A stretch of 44,978 nucleotides of DNA from an uncultured Clostridia bacterium (GTDB lineage: Bacteria > Bacillota > Clostridia > UBA1381), in the NCBI GenBank assembly GCA_905236685.1, contig CAJOPD010000058.1:1-44978 (forward strand), in the 5' to 3' direction. Below the pieces are notes generated by a model, which saw only the letters and a list, made by a program, of their open reading frames with translations, ran no database searches and had not been told where the DNA came from. Each line of letters begins with the position of its first letter. Positions within the stretch are counted from its first letter, which is position 1. Below are positions 18,003-28,208 of this stretch, piece after piece. Both the position numbers and the translations under genes were made by a program.

Positions 18003-18263
18003 TTATATAAATTTAAGGGCATTTATTTTCCCTTGTATCAATATACAGCCTTCCTTTATCGCCTTAACGCAAAAATTTTCGCCAGATACCGAAATAACGC
18101 TGTTTTTGCATTTGAGCTTAACCGAGTTCCTTTTATAATCTTCAAGCGACAAAAAATTTTCGATATACGCCTCCTCTTCACCCAAAAGCGTTATTCTCGG
18201 AAGATTTGCCACATCGCCGTAGGGAATATCAAAAATATCGCACACCTTTTTTAAGCCGTCCAA
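18003..18263 (-). CDS. yqfC: YabP/YqfC-family sporulation protein
   Basis: LPRITLLG..EAYIEN...I.G..I.IQGKI. The GTG at 18272 is part of the GAGGTG RBS, so TTG 18263 is preferred. Confidence 0.82.
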   Translation of the reverse strand: MDGLKKVCDIFDIPYGDVANLPRITLLGEEEAYIENFLSLEDYKRNSVKLKCKNSVISVSGENFCVKAIKEGCILIQGKINALKFI

Positions 18264-18282
18264 AATTCTCACCTCTTGAAAA

Positions 18283-18320
18283 TTATATGCTATATTTTTT
18301 CGGTAAATGTCATATTCATT
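18283..18320. promoter_or_regulatory. Overlapping divergent sigma-E-like promoters for ylbJ (+) and yqfC-yqfD (-)
   Basis: + strand CTATATT-14-CATATTCA; - strand -10 CATATAAT. Both genes belong to the sigma-E regulon in B. subtilis. Confidence 0.45.
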
Positions 18321-18336
18321 TATAGGGGGTGCAGGT

Positions 18337-19419
18337 ATGCGAAAGTCAGTATTATATATTTCCGCTCTTGTTTTGACGGCGGCAATGGTTTTTTCGCCCG
18401 AAAATTCGATTTTTTACTCGAAACAGGCGCTTTTGATGTGTTATGAAATCATAATCCCCTCTCTTTTTCCTTTTTTTGTATGCTCGGGGATTTTGGTATA
18501 TTCAGGCTTTGCACAGTCTGCCGCAAAACTTTTCAGACCTGTTATGAAGCCTCTTTTTAATGTTAACGAAAACGGTGCGTCGGCATTCGTTTTGGGCATA
18601 ATAAGCGGCTACCCCTTGGGCGCCGTTACCGCGTGCCAGCTTTATGAAAATGCATACCTTTCCAAAAGCGAGGCGGAAAGGCTTTTGGCTTTTTGCAACA
18701 ATTCGGGACCTTTATTTATACTTGGCGCGGTAGGCGCTGCTATCTACAAAAATGCAAAAATCGGCGTGATTTTATATCTTTCCCACATAATTTCCGCACT
18801 GCTCGTCGGGATTATTTTTAAATTTTACCGCCGCGGCAATTTTTCCGCGCCGAAAAGCCGTTTAAATACGGAAAATCTCCCGCCTGCCGAGATTTTTTCA
18901 AAGGTTTTGGCAAATTCTTTAAACAGTATTATTACAGTATGCGGAGCGATAGTTTTTTTCTTTACCGTATCCAATCTTTTAACAAGGCTTCTTCCGCAAA
19001 ATGCTTTTTTTGACGCTTGTATATCTGCGATTTTAGAATTTACGGGCGGTATTAAGAAGATAAGCGGGCTCTCCGTTTCCCTTCCCGTCCGTCTTGTTAT
19101 GTCCTCATTTGCGGTAGGATTTGCGGGGCTTTGCGTGCATATGCAGGTTATGGCGGTCACGGCAAAATACGGGCTGAGTTTAAAGCCGTATATTTTGGGC
19201 AAGCTCCTGCACGGCACTATTTCCTCCGCCATTACTCTTTTGATACTGAGGGCTTATCCACAAACGCTCGCCGTGTTCAATATGACGGGCGCACGGCTGT
19301 CCTGCGGTTTCTGTTGGAGCAGCGTATATGTGCTGTCGGTAAGCTTTCTGATAATATTGATGTCCGCCTTCATAATTTCCTCAAAAAATATTTTTCGGCA
19401 AAACAAAAGGGACGCATAG
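18337..19419 (+). CDS. ylbJ: Sporulation integral membrane protein YlbJ
   Basis: IIPSLFPFF, LFRPVMKPLFNV, ISGYPLGA, FCNNSGPLFILGAVG, GFAGLCVHMQ. ATG 18337 after AGGGGGTG. Confidence 0.9.
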   Translation: MRKSVLYISALVLTAAMVFSPENSIFYSKQALLMCYEIIIPSLFPFFVCSGILVYSGFAQSAAKLFRPVMKPLFNVNENGASAFVLGIISGYPLGAVTACQLYENAYLSKSEAERLLAFCNNSGPLFILGAVGAAIYKNAKIGVILYLSHIISALLVGIIFKFYRRGNFSAPKSRLNTENLPPAEIFSKVLANSLNSIITVCGAIVFFFTVSNLLTRLLPQNAFFDACISAILEFTGGIKKISGLSVSLPVRLVMSSFAVGFAGLCVHMQVMAVTAKYGLSLKPYILGKLLHGTISSAITLLILRAYPQTLAVFNMTGARLSCGFCWSSVYVLSVSFLIILMSAFIISSKNIFRQNKRDA

Positions 19420-19431
19420 ATTGCGTCCCAA
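19405..19431 (-). terminator. Intrinsic terminator
   Basis: GGGACGCA-TAGAT-TGCGTCCC with a U-run on the minus strand. Confidence 0.7.
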
Positions 19432-19447
19432 AGGCTTCAAAACTTAA

Positions 19448-19735
19448 TCACAAAGTAAGAGATTCCTCTTTATGCTTTTCAAAGCACTCACTGCAATAAA
19501 CGGGGCGGTCGTCCTTAGGCAAGAACGGCACCTTGTCAACCTTTCCGCAGTCAGCACATGTGATTTCGTGCATTTCCCTGTTTTGTCTTATGCTGTTTTT
19601 CCTTGCAATTCTGCACTCCTTGCACCTTATGGGCTCATTCTGGAAACCCTTTTCAGCATAAAATTCCTGCTCGCCTGCGGAGAATATGAATTCCTTTCCG
19701 CAGTCTTTGCAGATTAGCGTTTTGTCTTCGTACAT
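19448..19735 (-). CDS. Zinc-ribbon / CxxC-x17-CxxC domain protein
   Basis: MYEDKTLICKDCGKEFIFSAGEQEFYAEKGFQNEPIRCKEC...CADCG...PVYCSECF. Confidence 0.92.
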   Translation of the reverse strand: MYEDKTLICKDCGKEFIFSAGEQEFYAEKGFQNEPIRCKECRIARKNSIRQNREMHEITCADCGKVDKVPFLPKDDRPVYCSECFEKHKEESLTL

Positions 19736-19806
19736 TCTTTGTTCCCTCACTTTGAAAATAAAAAAATTTGTTCGCTCTGAATAAAAACTTATACAGACTT
19801 GAAAAA

Positions 19807-19835
19807 ATTATAGCATTTTATGTAAATTTTGTCAA
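19807..19835 (-). promoter_or_regulatory. Consensus sigma-A promoter with extended -10
   Basis: TTGACA-17 nt-TATAAT, with TGn before the -10. Confidence 0.8.
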
Positions 19836-20006
19836 GAATAAAATTATATATTTTTACTAACTAATTCACAAAATTTTTGACATTTTTTATACTTTTTCCA
19901 CAAAAACCGCCTTTTTATTACCTTTATGCACAAAATGTTATTTTCCTTGATTTTCCCGTTTTTATATGATATACTTTTTTGTATCAAGCAAAGGAGCAGG
20001 TTTAAT

Positions 20007-20306
20007 ATGCACGGAATAGGAAAAATTTTTAAAACAAAATACGGCGGTTTGGCGTTTTCGCTTTTGGCGGGAGCGGCATATTTTGTGATAATTCTTGACT
20101 TTATATTAAAGCACACCTCCTACGGCGGTGCGCTTTTGGGCTTTTTCTTTTCCCCTGCGATTATTGCGGGAGCGGCGCTCATAATAATAAAGACGATCAA
20201 ACGGCTTGAAGAGGAAGAAGCATTTGCAAAAATAAACCTTTTCCTCTATCTGCATATTGCGCTGATGATTTTGGGAATTGTATTTTTGATAGATATAATA
20301 AAGTAA
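20007..20306 (+). CDS. Hypothetical small membrane protein (about 3 TM)
   Basis: AAGGAG RBS, ATG 20007, three hydrophobic segments, followed by a hairpin. Confidence 0.7.
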   Translation: MHGIGKIFKTKYGGLAFSLLAGAAYFVIILDFILKHTSYGGALLGFFFSPAIIAGAALIIIKTIKRLEEEEAFAKINLFLYLHIALMILGIVFLIDIIK

Positions 20307-20308
20307 AA

Positions 20309-20334
20309 ATGCAATCGCATAAATGCGATTGCAT
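20309..20334. terminator. Perfect 12-bp palindromic hairpin (terminator)
   Basis: ATGCAATCGCAT-AA-ATGCGATTGCAT between convergent genes. Confidence 0.7.
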
Positions 20335-20396
20335 CAGACTGTCGAAAAAGTCGCCAGACCGCAGAAATTTATTTACTTCTGTGTTTGGTGCCTTTT
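20335..20396 (-). mobile_element. Possible solitary IS end remnant (IS1182-like)
   Basis: CAGACTGTCGAAAAAGTC directly abuts the palindrome and is followed by a second hairpin. Resembles clostridial IS1182-type termini from recall; no transposase nearby. Confidence 0.35.
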
Positions 20397-21542
20397 TTAT
20401 CCCTTTATTATTCCGCCTATTATGTCCGCCAAAATCCTGAAAAAGCCCTTTTTCGCAACATCTTCGCTCGCCACTATATCCACCGTTTTAAGCGTTTTGC
20501 CGTCCTTTGAAAATGTCACCTCACCAAGCTTGTCGCCCTTTTTGACAGGCGCTGAAACTCTGTTTTTCATTTTTACCGACTTTTCTATATCCTGCGGCTC
20601 CGACTTTTTATTTACAACATTGTAGGTTTCATCTGCTTCACACGGGACAACCTTTTCCACTCCCCAAGAAACCGTTACCGTTCCCATAGGCTCGCCCTTT
20701 TCCGCCATTTTTACCATAGAGTAATTCGAGTATCCGTAATCCAAAAGCTTGCTTGCCGACGAAAAACGCATATCGCTGTCAGGCGCTCCCAGCACAACCG
20801 CCACAAGCTCCATTCCGTTCCTTGTTGCCGTTGCGGAAAGACAGCAGCCCGCCTTTGTGGTAGAGCCTGTTTTTAAGCCTGTCGCGCCCTTATAGTTGCG
20901 GATAAGCTTGTTTGTATTTGCAAGCAAAAACTTTCCGTTCCGCAAGGAATCTGTCCATATCGTTGTATAATCGAATATTTTTTTGTGCTTTATCAGTTCC
21001 TTTGACATTATTGCAACATCTTGCGCCGTTGAATACGCCTCACTGACATCTACATCGTCATCAAGTCCGTTGCAGTTCACAAAATGCGTATTTTCCATTC
21101 CGAGTTCTTCCGCGCGCTTATTCATAAGCTCCACAAAAGCGTCTGTATTGCCGCTGATATGCTCCGCCATAGCTACACAGCCGTCATTTGCGCTTGCTAC
21201 CGCTATGCCTTTTAACATATCGCTCACGGTAAACTGCTCGCCCGCCTCCAAAAACATTGTCGAGCCGCCAAAACTCTGAGCGTGTGCGCTTGCCGTTACC
21301 ATATCGGTAAGACTGAGCTCGCCCGCCTCTATCTTTTCCATTATAATAAGCATAGTCATAATTTTTGTTATGCTTGCTATCTGCAATCTTGTATCGGCAT
21401 TCTGCTCATACATTACGGTATCGGTTGTTGGCTCTATCAAATACGCCGATTTTACTTCGGGCACAAGCTCCTCTGCATAAACCGCTCCCGAAAAACTTGC
21501 AAAAACCAAAGATATACTAAGTAATAATGCGATTTTTTTCAA
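20397..21542 (-). CDS. dacF: D-alanyl-D-alanine carboxypeptidase (peptidase S11, DacF-like)
   Basis: SxxK (ASITK), SAND and KTG motifs; signal peptide; C-terminal APVKKGDKLG. TTG 21542 after the GGGAG RBS. Confidence 0.85.
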   Translation of the reverse strand: MKKIALLLSISLVFASFSGAVYAEELVPEVKSAYLIEPTTDTVMYEQNADTRLQIASITKIMTMLIIMEKIEAGELSLTDMVTASAHAQSFGGSTMFLEAGEQFTVSDMLKGIAVASANDGCVAMAEHISGNTDAFVELMNKRAEELGMENTHFVNCNGLDDDVDVSEAYSTAQDVAIMSKELIKHKKIFDYTTIWTDSLRNGKFLLANTNKLIRNYKGATGLKTGSTTKAGCCLSATATRNGMELVAVVLGAPDSDMRFSSASKLLDYGYSNYSMVKMAEKGEPMGTVTVSWGVEKVVPCEADETYNVVNKKSEPQDIEKSVKMKNRVSAPVKKGDKLGEVTFSKDGKTLKTVDIVASEDVAKKGFFRILADIIGGIIKG

Positions 21543-21597
21543 TGCTGCATCTCTCCCTTTATATATTATATTCAGCAAGTCCAAATTTTATGACAAG

Positions 21598-22887
21598 CTA
21601 CTTCTTGTAGTACTTCAAAATCATATCCACAAATTCGCTGTTTGTTTTCGTGCTTTTCAAAAGCTGTAACACCCTTGCCATTGTATCATAGGTGTTCTGC
21701 GCGTTCAGGCTTCTTCTTATGCTCCAAACCGCCTCCGTTTCCCGCTCCGAAAGCAATTCCTCCTCCCTGCGCGTGCCCGATTTCAAAATATCTATTGCGG
21801 GGAAAATTCTGCGCTCCTGCAAGCCTCTGTCCAGTTTTAACTCCATATTTCCCGTACCCTTGAATTCTTCAAATATAACATCGTCCATTCGCGAACCCGT
21901 TTCTACAAGCGCTGTTGCAAGAATTGTAAGGCTTCCGCCCTCCTCAATGTTTCGCGCCGCGCCAAAGAATTTTTTCGGCTTTAAAAGCGCGTCGGGGTCA
22001 AGTCCTCCCGACAATGTTCTGCCCGTCGGCGTCACCGTCAGGTTATACGCCCTTGCCAGTCTTGTTATTGAGTCCAAAAGTATAACGACATCATTTTTCT
22101 GCTCGACAAGCCGCATAGCCCGTTCCAGCACCATTTCCGCGCACCTTGTATGATTTTGCGGCGTCTGGTCAAAGGTGGAGGCTACAACCTCGCCGTCAAT
22201 CGAGCGGCACATATCGGTTACTTCCTCAGGACGCTCGTCAATCAGCAGAACTATGAGCTTTGCGTTCGGATAGTTTTTGGACACAGACTGCGCTATCTGC
22301 TTTATTAAAGTTGTTTTGCCCGCCTTTGGCGGCGCTACTATCATACCCCTTTGCCCTTTTCCTATTGGCGCGATGACATCTAAAAGACGCGAGGCATATT
22401 TGTCGCGTTCCCCTGTATCAAGCCTTAATTTTTCCTTTGGATATATCGGCGTAAGCTTTTCAAAGTTTTTGCGCTTTAACGCAACTTCAAGACTGTCGCC
22501 GTTTATTTTCTTTACAAACAAAAGGGGCGAATATTTGTCCTCCTCCTGCGAAGGTCTTGCGTCACCCGTTATTTCATCGCCCGTTTTCAAATTAAACCGC
22601 CTTATCTGCGTAGGAGATACATAGACATCGGTTTCGCTCGGCTTATATCCGTCAGCACGCAAAAAGCCGAACCCGTCCGACATAACATCTAAAATACCGC
22701 ACACCTCCACCGCCTCCTGCGGTCTTTGGCGCTTTTTCGGTACAGTATCCACTTCGCTTACTGCTTTGGTTATAGCCGAAACAAGCTCGTCCCTTTTCAA
22801 TAGCGATATTTTTTCTATTCCAAGCCCTTTGGCGATTTCTTTCAGTTCTTCCTTTGTTTTTCCGCTCAAATCTGTATTTTTTTGCAA
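21598..22887 (-). CDS. rho: Transcription termination factor Rho
   Basis: GFGFLR, PIGKGQRG, PPKAGKT, LIDERPEEVTD, LDSITRLARAYN, EFKGTGNMEL. Confidence 0.98.
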   Translation of the reverse strand: MQKNTDLSGKTKEELKEIAKGLGIEKISLLKRDELVSAITKAVSEVDTVPKKRQRPQEAVEVCGILDVMSDGFGFLRADGYKPSETDVYVSPTQIRRFNLKTGDEITGDARPSQEEDKYSPLLFVKKINGDSLEVALKRKNFEKLTPIYPKEKLRLDTGERDKYASRLLDVIAPIGKGQRGMIVAPPKAGKTTLIKQIAQSVSKNYPNAKLIVLLIDERPEEVTDMCRSIDGEVVASTFDQTPQNHTRCAEMVLERAMRLVEQKNDVVILLDSITRLARAYNLTVTPTGRTLSGGLDPDALLKPKKFFGAARNIEEGGSLTILATALVETGSRMDDVIFEEFKGTGNMELKLDRGLQERRIFPAIDILKSGTRREEELLSERETEAVWSIRRSLNAQNTYDTMARVLQLLKSTKTNSEFVDMILKYYKK

Positions 22888-22904
22888 ACGCTTATACCTC
22901 TTTT

Positions 22905-23597
22905 CTAAATGAATAATGCCATAAGCAAGTTATTTTCATAAAAATATTTCAAAATATAGGTGCTTTTTACTGTTTCCGAAACGAGTTCAATTTTGTCGGA
23001 CGGTGTGAACAGGCTCACCGCACCGCAGATTATGTATATCAAAAGCAGGGCGTTTATTATGCCCAAGCCCGCACCAAGCGCGCGGTTAAGCGTTTTAAGC
23101 CCTGGCAAATTGAAAAGACCTTCCAATAACTTTAAAATCAGGAATACGAAAAGCTTCACTATCAGGAACAGCAATATAACCGAAAGGAGTTTCAGTATCA
23201 TAAGCGTTACCGCGTCGGTTATTACTTCCATAACATTATTTTTTATATCGTTCATTCCCGAAACCGTCTTATTTATGCTTTTTTGCATAAATTTAGGAAA
23301 TCCGAGCGAGGATACAATAACCTGCGTTTCCTCCGTTTCTGTCGTATCGGTGTCCTCAGGAAGCGCCTCTCTTTTGTAGGACGCGGAGATATTTTTTGCA
23401 ACCATTTGCCTTATCGCATCGCTTGCAGGCGTGCTTTGGAGCATATTTAGCATTACGGGCTGTACCGACGAAAGCAAAAGCGCTGTTAAAATTAGCGCAA
23501 GAAGCTTTTTTGACGCGCTTATAAAGCCCTTTTTCATCGAAAAGCCTATACATATCGCCGCAACAAGAATAAGTATGCCGTCACAGATATAACTCAT
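22905..23597 (-). CDS. CvpA / colicin V production family membrane protein
   Basis: D..L......G.KKGF N-terminus; LNRALGAGLGII motif; 4 TM. Confidence 0.75.
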   Translation of the reverse strand: MSYICDGILILVAAICIGFSMKKGFISASKKLLALILTALLLSSVQPVMLNMLQSTPASDAIRQMVAKNISASYKREALPEDTDTTETEETQVIVSSLGFPKFMQKSINKTVSGMNDIKNNVMEVITDAVTLMILKLLSVILLFLIVKLFVFLILKLLEGLFNLPGLKTLNRALGAGLGIINALLLIYIICGAVSLFTPSDKIELVSETVKSTYILKYFYENNLLMALFI

Positions 23598-23611
23598 ATC
23601 TTTCTTCCCTT

Positions 23612-24958
23612 CTACTGTTTTTCCTCAAAATCCTTGACTTTTGGCGGTTTTTTAAGAGCTTTTTCCTGAACGCTTGCGGCATAAACGCAGAACACCTTGT
23701 CCGAACCTGTTATATAAAGCTGCTTTATATCGCCGCCGCATTCGGCAGTAAGAACCCTTTTCCCGCTGTACTTTGTCAAAACTGCATTTCTGCCGTTATT
23801 ATATGCTACATATCTTGAATTGATGTTAATTGCGTCGGGCATATTTTCCGTTTTAATAGGCTGGTATGTCTTGCCGCTTGCCTTTAAAACAACTATTTCG
23901 CCTATGCCGTCATTATCAAAAAGAATTGCCCTACTGCCGTTTTGAGATACTGTGCTTTTTTTGATTTTTTTGCCCTCAAAATCATATTCCCAGCGTATTT
24001 TACCCTTTTCTGTGATTGACACGCATTTGCTCTCGGACAAAAGCGACAGATTTTCGCCGTCAAACCTCATATCAAAGAAAACGGTATTTTTAAATGCGTC
24101 GGTTTTGCAGATTTCCCTTCCGCGCACATCAAAAATCTGTATTATACTGCTTGCGCCTTCATCTGCGTCAAGAAGCGACACTGCAACCCTTCGTCCCTTG
24201 GATATTGCCGCGTCTAAAATGCTGTAAGAGCCTGAATCCCAGACAAAAATCTTTTTTCCGTTTTTGTTAAAGACCGCAACCTGCCCTTTATAATATTCCT
24301 TTTCGGTAACCGCTATGACATCGCCCTTTGCCGAGAGGTCGGCGGTTAATATATTGCCTTCCGTTTCGGCGGAAAACATAAGCTTTTTGCCTTTATAAAG
24401 GCTTATTTTCTTTCCGCCCGTTTCGCTTATTAAAACATATTCGTCCGAAACCTTCAAAATCGGCTCCTGCATCTGAATTTTTTCGCTCCACAAAAGCTTT
24501 GTGTCGCTTTTATACCGCGAGTATCCCGTTTCATTTGCGCAAACTATACCGTTTTGGTAGTTTGCAAATCTTGTGTTTTCGGCATTGGCAATCGCTGTGG
24601 GAAGATTTTGCCGAACTTTTGCATTATCCTTTACAGTAAAATCCGCGTCCCCTTCCTTCTTTTCGACCGTTTCTTCCTCATATTCTTCGGGTTCTGCCTG
24701 TGCAGTTTCCTCCTCCGACGCAGGTATCATACGGGGCTTCGGCTCCGGCTCGGACATATCGTCAAGATAAAGCTGTGTTTCAATAGGCAGTTCAATCCCG
24801 AGATATGTGCAAATCCCGCTTATATTCCTCTTGAAATTATTTTTATAGGCAATTACAAACTTAGGCGTCACTCCCGACTCAATAAGCGCAAACACCGATG
24901 CAACAGCAAGGCAGACTGCAACTATAAAAATTTTTAAAAATCCGCTTTTTTTGTTCAT
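23612..24958 (-). CDS. Membrane-anchored beta-propeller-like protein (DUF5711-like)
   Basis: N-terminal TM, acidic linker, then repeated beta-rich blades (W.Y.F.G, YKG.V.V.NKNG). Confidence 0.65.
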   Translation of the reverse strand: MNKKSGFLKIFIVAVCLAVASVFALIESGVTPKFVIAYKNNFKRNISGICTYLGIELPIETQLYLDDMSEPEPKPRMIPASEEETAQAEPEEYEEETVEKKEGDADFTVKDNAKVRQNLPTAIANAENTRFANYQNGIVCANETGYSRYKSDTKLLWSEKIQMQEPILKVSDEYVLISETGGKKISLYKGKKLMFSAETEGNILTADLSAKGDVIAVTEKEYYKGQVAVFNKNGKKIFVWDSGSYSILDAAISKGRRVAVSLLDADEGASSIIQIFDVRGREICKTDAFKNTVFFDMRFDGENLSLLSESKCVSITEKGKIRWEYDFEGKKIKKSTVSQNGSRAILFDNDGIGEIVVLKASGKTYQPIKTENMPDAININSRYVAYNNGRNAVLTKYSGKRVLTAECGGDIKQLYITGSDKVFCVYAASVQEKALKKPPKVKDFEEKQ

Positions 24959-25692
24959 CAGTAAAACACCTCCGTCAAAAATAATCCCTGCGGTTCAGCA
25001 GTTACGCCCGCTCTTTTCCTGTCCTTTGAGGCTATTATTTCCGCCATACTTTCCGGCTCTATCTTGCCGCAGCCCACAAATGCGAGAGTTCCTGCGATTA
25101 TGCGCACCATATTATACAAAAAACCGTCGCCTGTTACCGTGATTTTTACCAAATTCCCTTCCTTTTCGATATCGAGGGAATATATCTCGCGCACCGTCGT
25201 TTTTACGGTAAAGCCGCTTGCGGCAAAGCCGACAAAATCGTGCTTTCCCAAAAATGCTTTCGCCGCCTTTTTCATTTTTGATATATCAAGCTCATAGGGA
25301 AAATGCCAGGAATAATTGCGCAGGAACGCATCTGGCTGTTTTGAATTCAGAATGTAGTAGGTATAGCATTTCTTTTTTGCGGAAAATCGGGCATTAAAGC
25401 TATCCTCCGCATCTTCTGCAAAAAGACACACTATATCGGGGGGCAGATATGTGTTAAGTGCCGCAGGTATGCGCTCGGAAGGGATTGACGCGTTCGTTTT
25501 GAAATTGCATACAAAGCTTTTTGCGTGAACTCCCGCGTCTGTTCTGGAAACGCCCGTAAGCTGCGGCACGCTGCCCGTTATACGCTCTATGGCGCCGCTC
25601 ACCGTTTCCTGCACTGTCGGCGCATTTTTTTGCATCTGCCAGCCGTGATATGCCGTGCCGTCAAATTGCAGCACCAGCTTTATATTGCGCAT
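24958..25692 (-). CDS. truA: tRNA pseudouridine(38-40) synthase
   Basis: FDGTAYHGWQ, SRTDAGVHA, GKHDF, GFLYNMVRII. Confidence 0.98.
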   Translation of the reverse strand: MRNIKLVLQFDGTAYHGWQMQKNAPTVQETVSGAIERITGSVPQLTGVSRTDAGVHAKSFVCNFKTNASIPSERIPAALNTYLPPDIVCLFAEDAEDSFNARFSAKKKCYTYYILNSKQPDAFLRNYSWHFPYELDISKMKKAAKAFLGKHDFVGFAASGFTVKTTVREIYSLDIEKEGNLVKITVTGDGFLYNMVRIIAGTLAFVGCGKIEPESMAEIIASKDRKRAGVTAEPQGLFLTEVFY

Positions 25693-25704
25693 ATCTGTAA
25701 CTCC

Positions 25705-26514
25705 TTAAAATCTCTGTATGGCTATAATCAAAACGGAAAATACCGCCATCACGCCTGCCGCGGCGGCGTCAATCCAAGTCATTTTCATCTGTTTCATACG
25801 CGTGCGCTTTTTTCCGCTGTTATAGCATCGCGAATCCATCGCAATCGCCAAATCGTCCGCTCTTTTGAATGCGCTTATGAAAAGCGGCACCAAAATCGGA
25901 ACCATCGCTTTTGTTCTTTTTAAAATATTTCCGCTCTCAAAATCTGCGCCGCGCGCCATCTGCGCCTTTATAATCTTTTCCGTTTCCTCCGAAAGCGTCG
26001 GAATAAACCGTATTGCAATAGTCATCATCATAGCAATTTCGTGCGACGGAACTTTTACGGCATTAAGCGGTTTTAACAGCTTTTCAATGCCGTCTGTCAG
26101 CATAAGCGGAGTTGTTGTAAGGGTTAAAAGCGATGTTCCCACAACAAGAAAAACAAGCCTTAATACCATCTGTGCGGCACTTACCGCCCCCTCTTTTGTG
26201 ATTTTCAGTCCCTGCCACAAGGGGAACTGCCACAAAACCGTATCCCCGCCCGTCATAAAAAGGTTTATCAAGGCGGTGAAAATCAAAATATAAAGCATGG
26301 GCTTAAAGCCCTTTATTACATACTTTACGGGCACTTTTGAAAGAACTACCAGCACCGCTGTGAATATACCGAAAAAGGCATAGGCTTTAAGCGAATGTAT
26401 GACAAAAAGAAGCACGATATAAAGCATAGCCAAAAGGATTTTCACACGCGCGTCCATTTTATGAATTACGGAGTTTCCGTCTATATACTGTCCTATTGTA
26501 ATATCCTTAAACAT
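25705..26514 (-). CDS. ecfT: ECF transporter transmembrane T component
   Basis: DITIGQY, IAIRFIP, AQMARG and AMDSRCY conserved Arg motifs. Confidence 0.95.
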   Translation of the reverse strand: MFKDITIGQYIDGNSVIHKMDARVKILLAMLYIVLLFVIHSLKAYAFFGIFTAVLVVLSKVPVKYVIKGFKPMLYILIFTALINLFMTGGDTVLWQFPLWQGLKITKEGAVSAAQMVLRLVFLVVGTSLLTLTTTPLMLTDGIEKLLKPLNAVKVPSHEIAMMMTIAIRFIPTLSEETEKIIKAQMARGADFESGNILKRTKAMVPILVPLFISAFKRADDLAIAMDSRCYNSGKKRTRMKQMKMTWIDAAAAGVMAVFSVLIIAIQRF

Positions 26515-27367
26515 TTTCCGCCTCCTTTATGAGATTTGCGTATATCTCCGAGGCAAATTTAACGGTATAAATATCGGGGCGTATATTAACCCCGTCGCTT
26601 ATCAGCCTGTGTGTAAGCTCGGTAATCTGCGGCACATCAAGACCTATTTTTTTAAGTTCCCCGCTCCTTGCAAATATTTCCGAGGTTGCACCGTGCATAG
26701 CTATATGCCCGTGGTCCATAACAAGCACATTTTTTGCGAGCCTTGCAACATCTTCCATAGAATGAGATACAAACAAAATCGTCATCTGCGGGTTCTGCTT
26801 GTGCAGCTCCGACAGCCGTCCCAAAATTTCATCTCTGCCCTTCGGGTCAAGTCCCGCTGTCGGCTCGTCCAGTATGATAACCTTCGGCTGCATTGAAAGC
26901 ACGCCCGCTATTGCCGCGCGGCGCTTTTGCCCGCCCGACAGCTCAAAGGGCGATTTTTCCAAAATTTCCTCCGAAAGCCCTACCATCTGTGCCGATTTTA
27001 CAACTCGTTCCTTTATTTCCGCGTCCGAAAGCCCCATATTTTTCGGACCGAAGGCTATATCCTTATAAACCGTTTCTTCAAACAGCTGGTGTTCGGGATA
27101 CTGAAAAACAAGCCCCACGCTCTTTCTTATATCCATAAGCTTGGTCTTTGGGTCGGTGACATCAACGCCGTCTATCTCAATTTTCCCCGATGTCGCCTTT
27201 AAAAGCGCATTAAAATGCTGTATCAGAGTAGATTTTCCCGAGCCTGTATGCCCGATTATCGCCAGAAAATCGCCCGTCGGTATCTCAAAGCTCACATTAT
27301 CCACCGCTTTTTTCTCAAAGGGCATACCCTGCTGATAAATATATGTTAGGTTTGATACTTTAATCAT
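26507..27367 (-). CDS. ecfA2: ECF transporter ATPase A'
   Basis: [40 protein letters not shown]. Confidence 0.95.
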   Translation of the reverse strand: MIKVSNLTYIYQQGMPFEKKAVDNVSFEIPTGDFLAIIGHTGSGKSTLIQHFNALLKATSGKIEIDGVDVTDPKTKLMDIRKSVGLVFQYPEHQLFEETVYKDIAFGPKNMGLSDAEIKERVVKSAQMVGLSEEILEKSPFELSGGQKRRAAIAGVLSMQPKVIILDEPTAGLDPKGRDEILGRLSELHKQNPQMTILFVSHSMEDVARLAKNVLVMDHGHIAMHGATSEIFARSGELKKIGLDVPQITELTHRLISDGVNIRPDIYTVKFASEIYANLIKEAENV

Positions 27368-28208
27368 TCTTATCCCCTTTTTTTACCCTTTCAAGAATTG
27401 CCCTTTCGCAGTCGGCAACGGTAATTATGTCGCCCGGCAGGTCAATACCCTGTTTTTTTAGCTCAAAAATAAGCTCGGTAACCTGCGGCACATCAAGACC
27501 TATTTTTTTTATTCTTTCCACCTCGGAAAAAATCTTTTGCGGCACATCGTCCATCTCGATTTTGCCGTGGTTCATAACGATAACCCTATCGGCAAGCGCC
27601 GCCTCCTCCATAAAATGCGTTATCAAAACGACCGTCATATTGCGCGATTTATTAAGCTCTTTTATCGTTTTTATAACCTCGCGTCTGCCCTTCGGGTCAA
27701 GCATTGCTGTCGGCTCGTCAAGTATGATACACTCAGGCTCCATAGCCAGCACCGCCGCTATTGCCACACGCTGTTTTTGTCCGCCTGAAAGCCGCGACGG
27801 CGAGCTTTTTGCAAATTCCAACATATTGACCGTTTTTAAACATTCGTCAACTCTGCGCCGTATCTCCTTCGGCTCAACGCCCAAATTTTCGGGTGCAAAG
27901 GCAACTTCGTCCTCAACAATCGCCGCTACCATCTGGTTATCGGGATTTTGGAAAACCATACCCGCTGTGCTTCTTATATCAAAAATTTTGTCCTCGTCCT
28001 TTGTGTCCATTCCCGCAACATAAACAGCTCCGCCTGACGGCAGCAAAATTCCGTTAAATGTCTTTGCAAGCGTCGATTTTCCCGAGCCGTTATGCCCCAA
28101 AACAGCGACAAAGCTGCCCCTTTCAATATGGAGGTTAAGCTCTTTTAAAACATATTTTTTCGGCTCTTCTTCATCATAAGTGAAGGTTATATTTTTTGCA
28201 TCAATCAT
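27360..28208 (-). CDS. ecfA1: ECF transporter ATPase A
   Basis: [34 protein letters not shown]. Confidence 0.95.
   Translation of the reverse strand: MIDAKNITFTYDEEEPKKYVLKELNLHIERGSFVAVLGHNGSGKSTLAKTFNGILLPSGGAVYVAGMDTKDEDKIFDIRSTAGMVFQNPDNQMVAAIVEDEVAFAPENLGVEPKEIRRRVDECLKTVNMLEFAKSSPSRLSGGQKQRVAIAAVLAMEPECIILDEPTAMLDPKGRREVIKTIKELNKSRNMTVVLITHFMEEAALADRVIVMNHGKIEMDDVPQKIFSEVERIKKIGLDVPQVTELIFELKKQGIDLPGDIITVADCERAILERVKKGDKND

Noticed and set aside
26507..28208. Repeated DNA segments in ecfA1 and ecfA2
   Set aside because: Expected similarity between paralogous ABC ATPase motifs.
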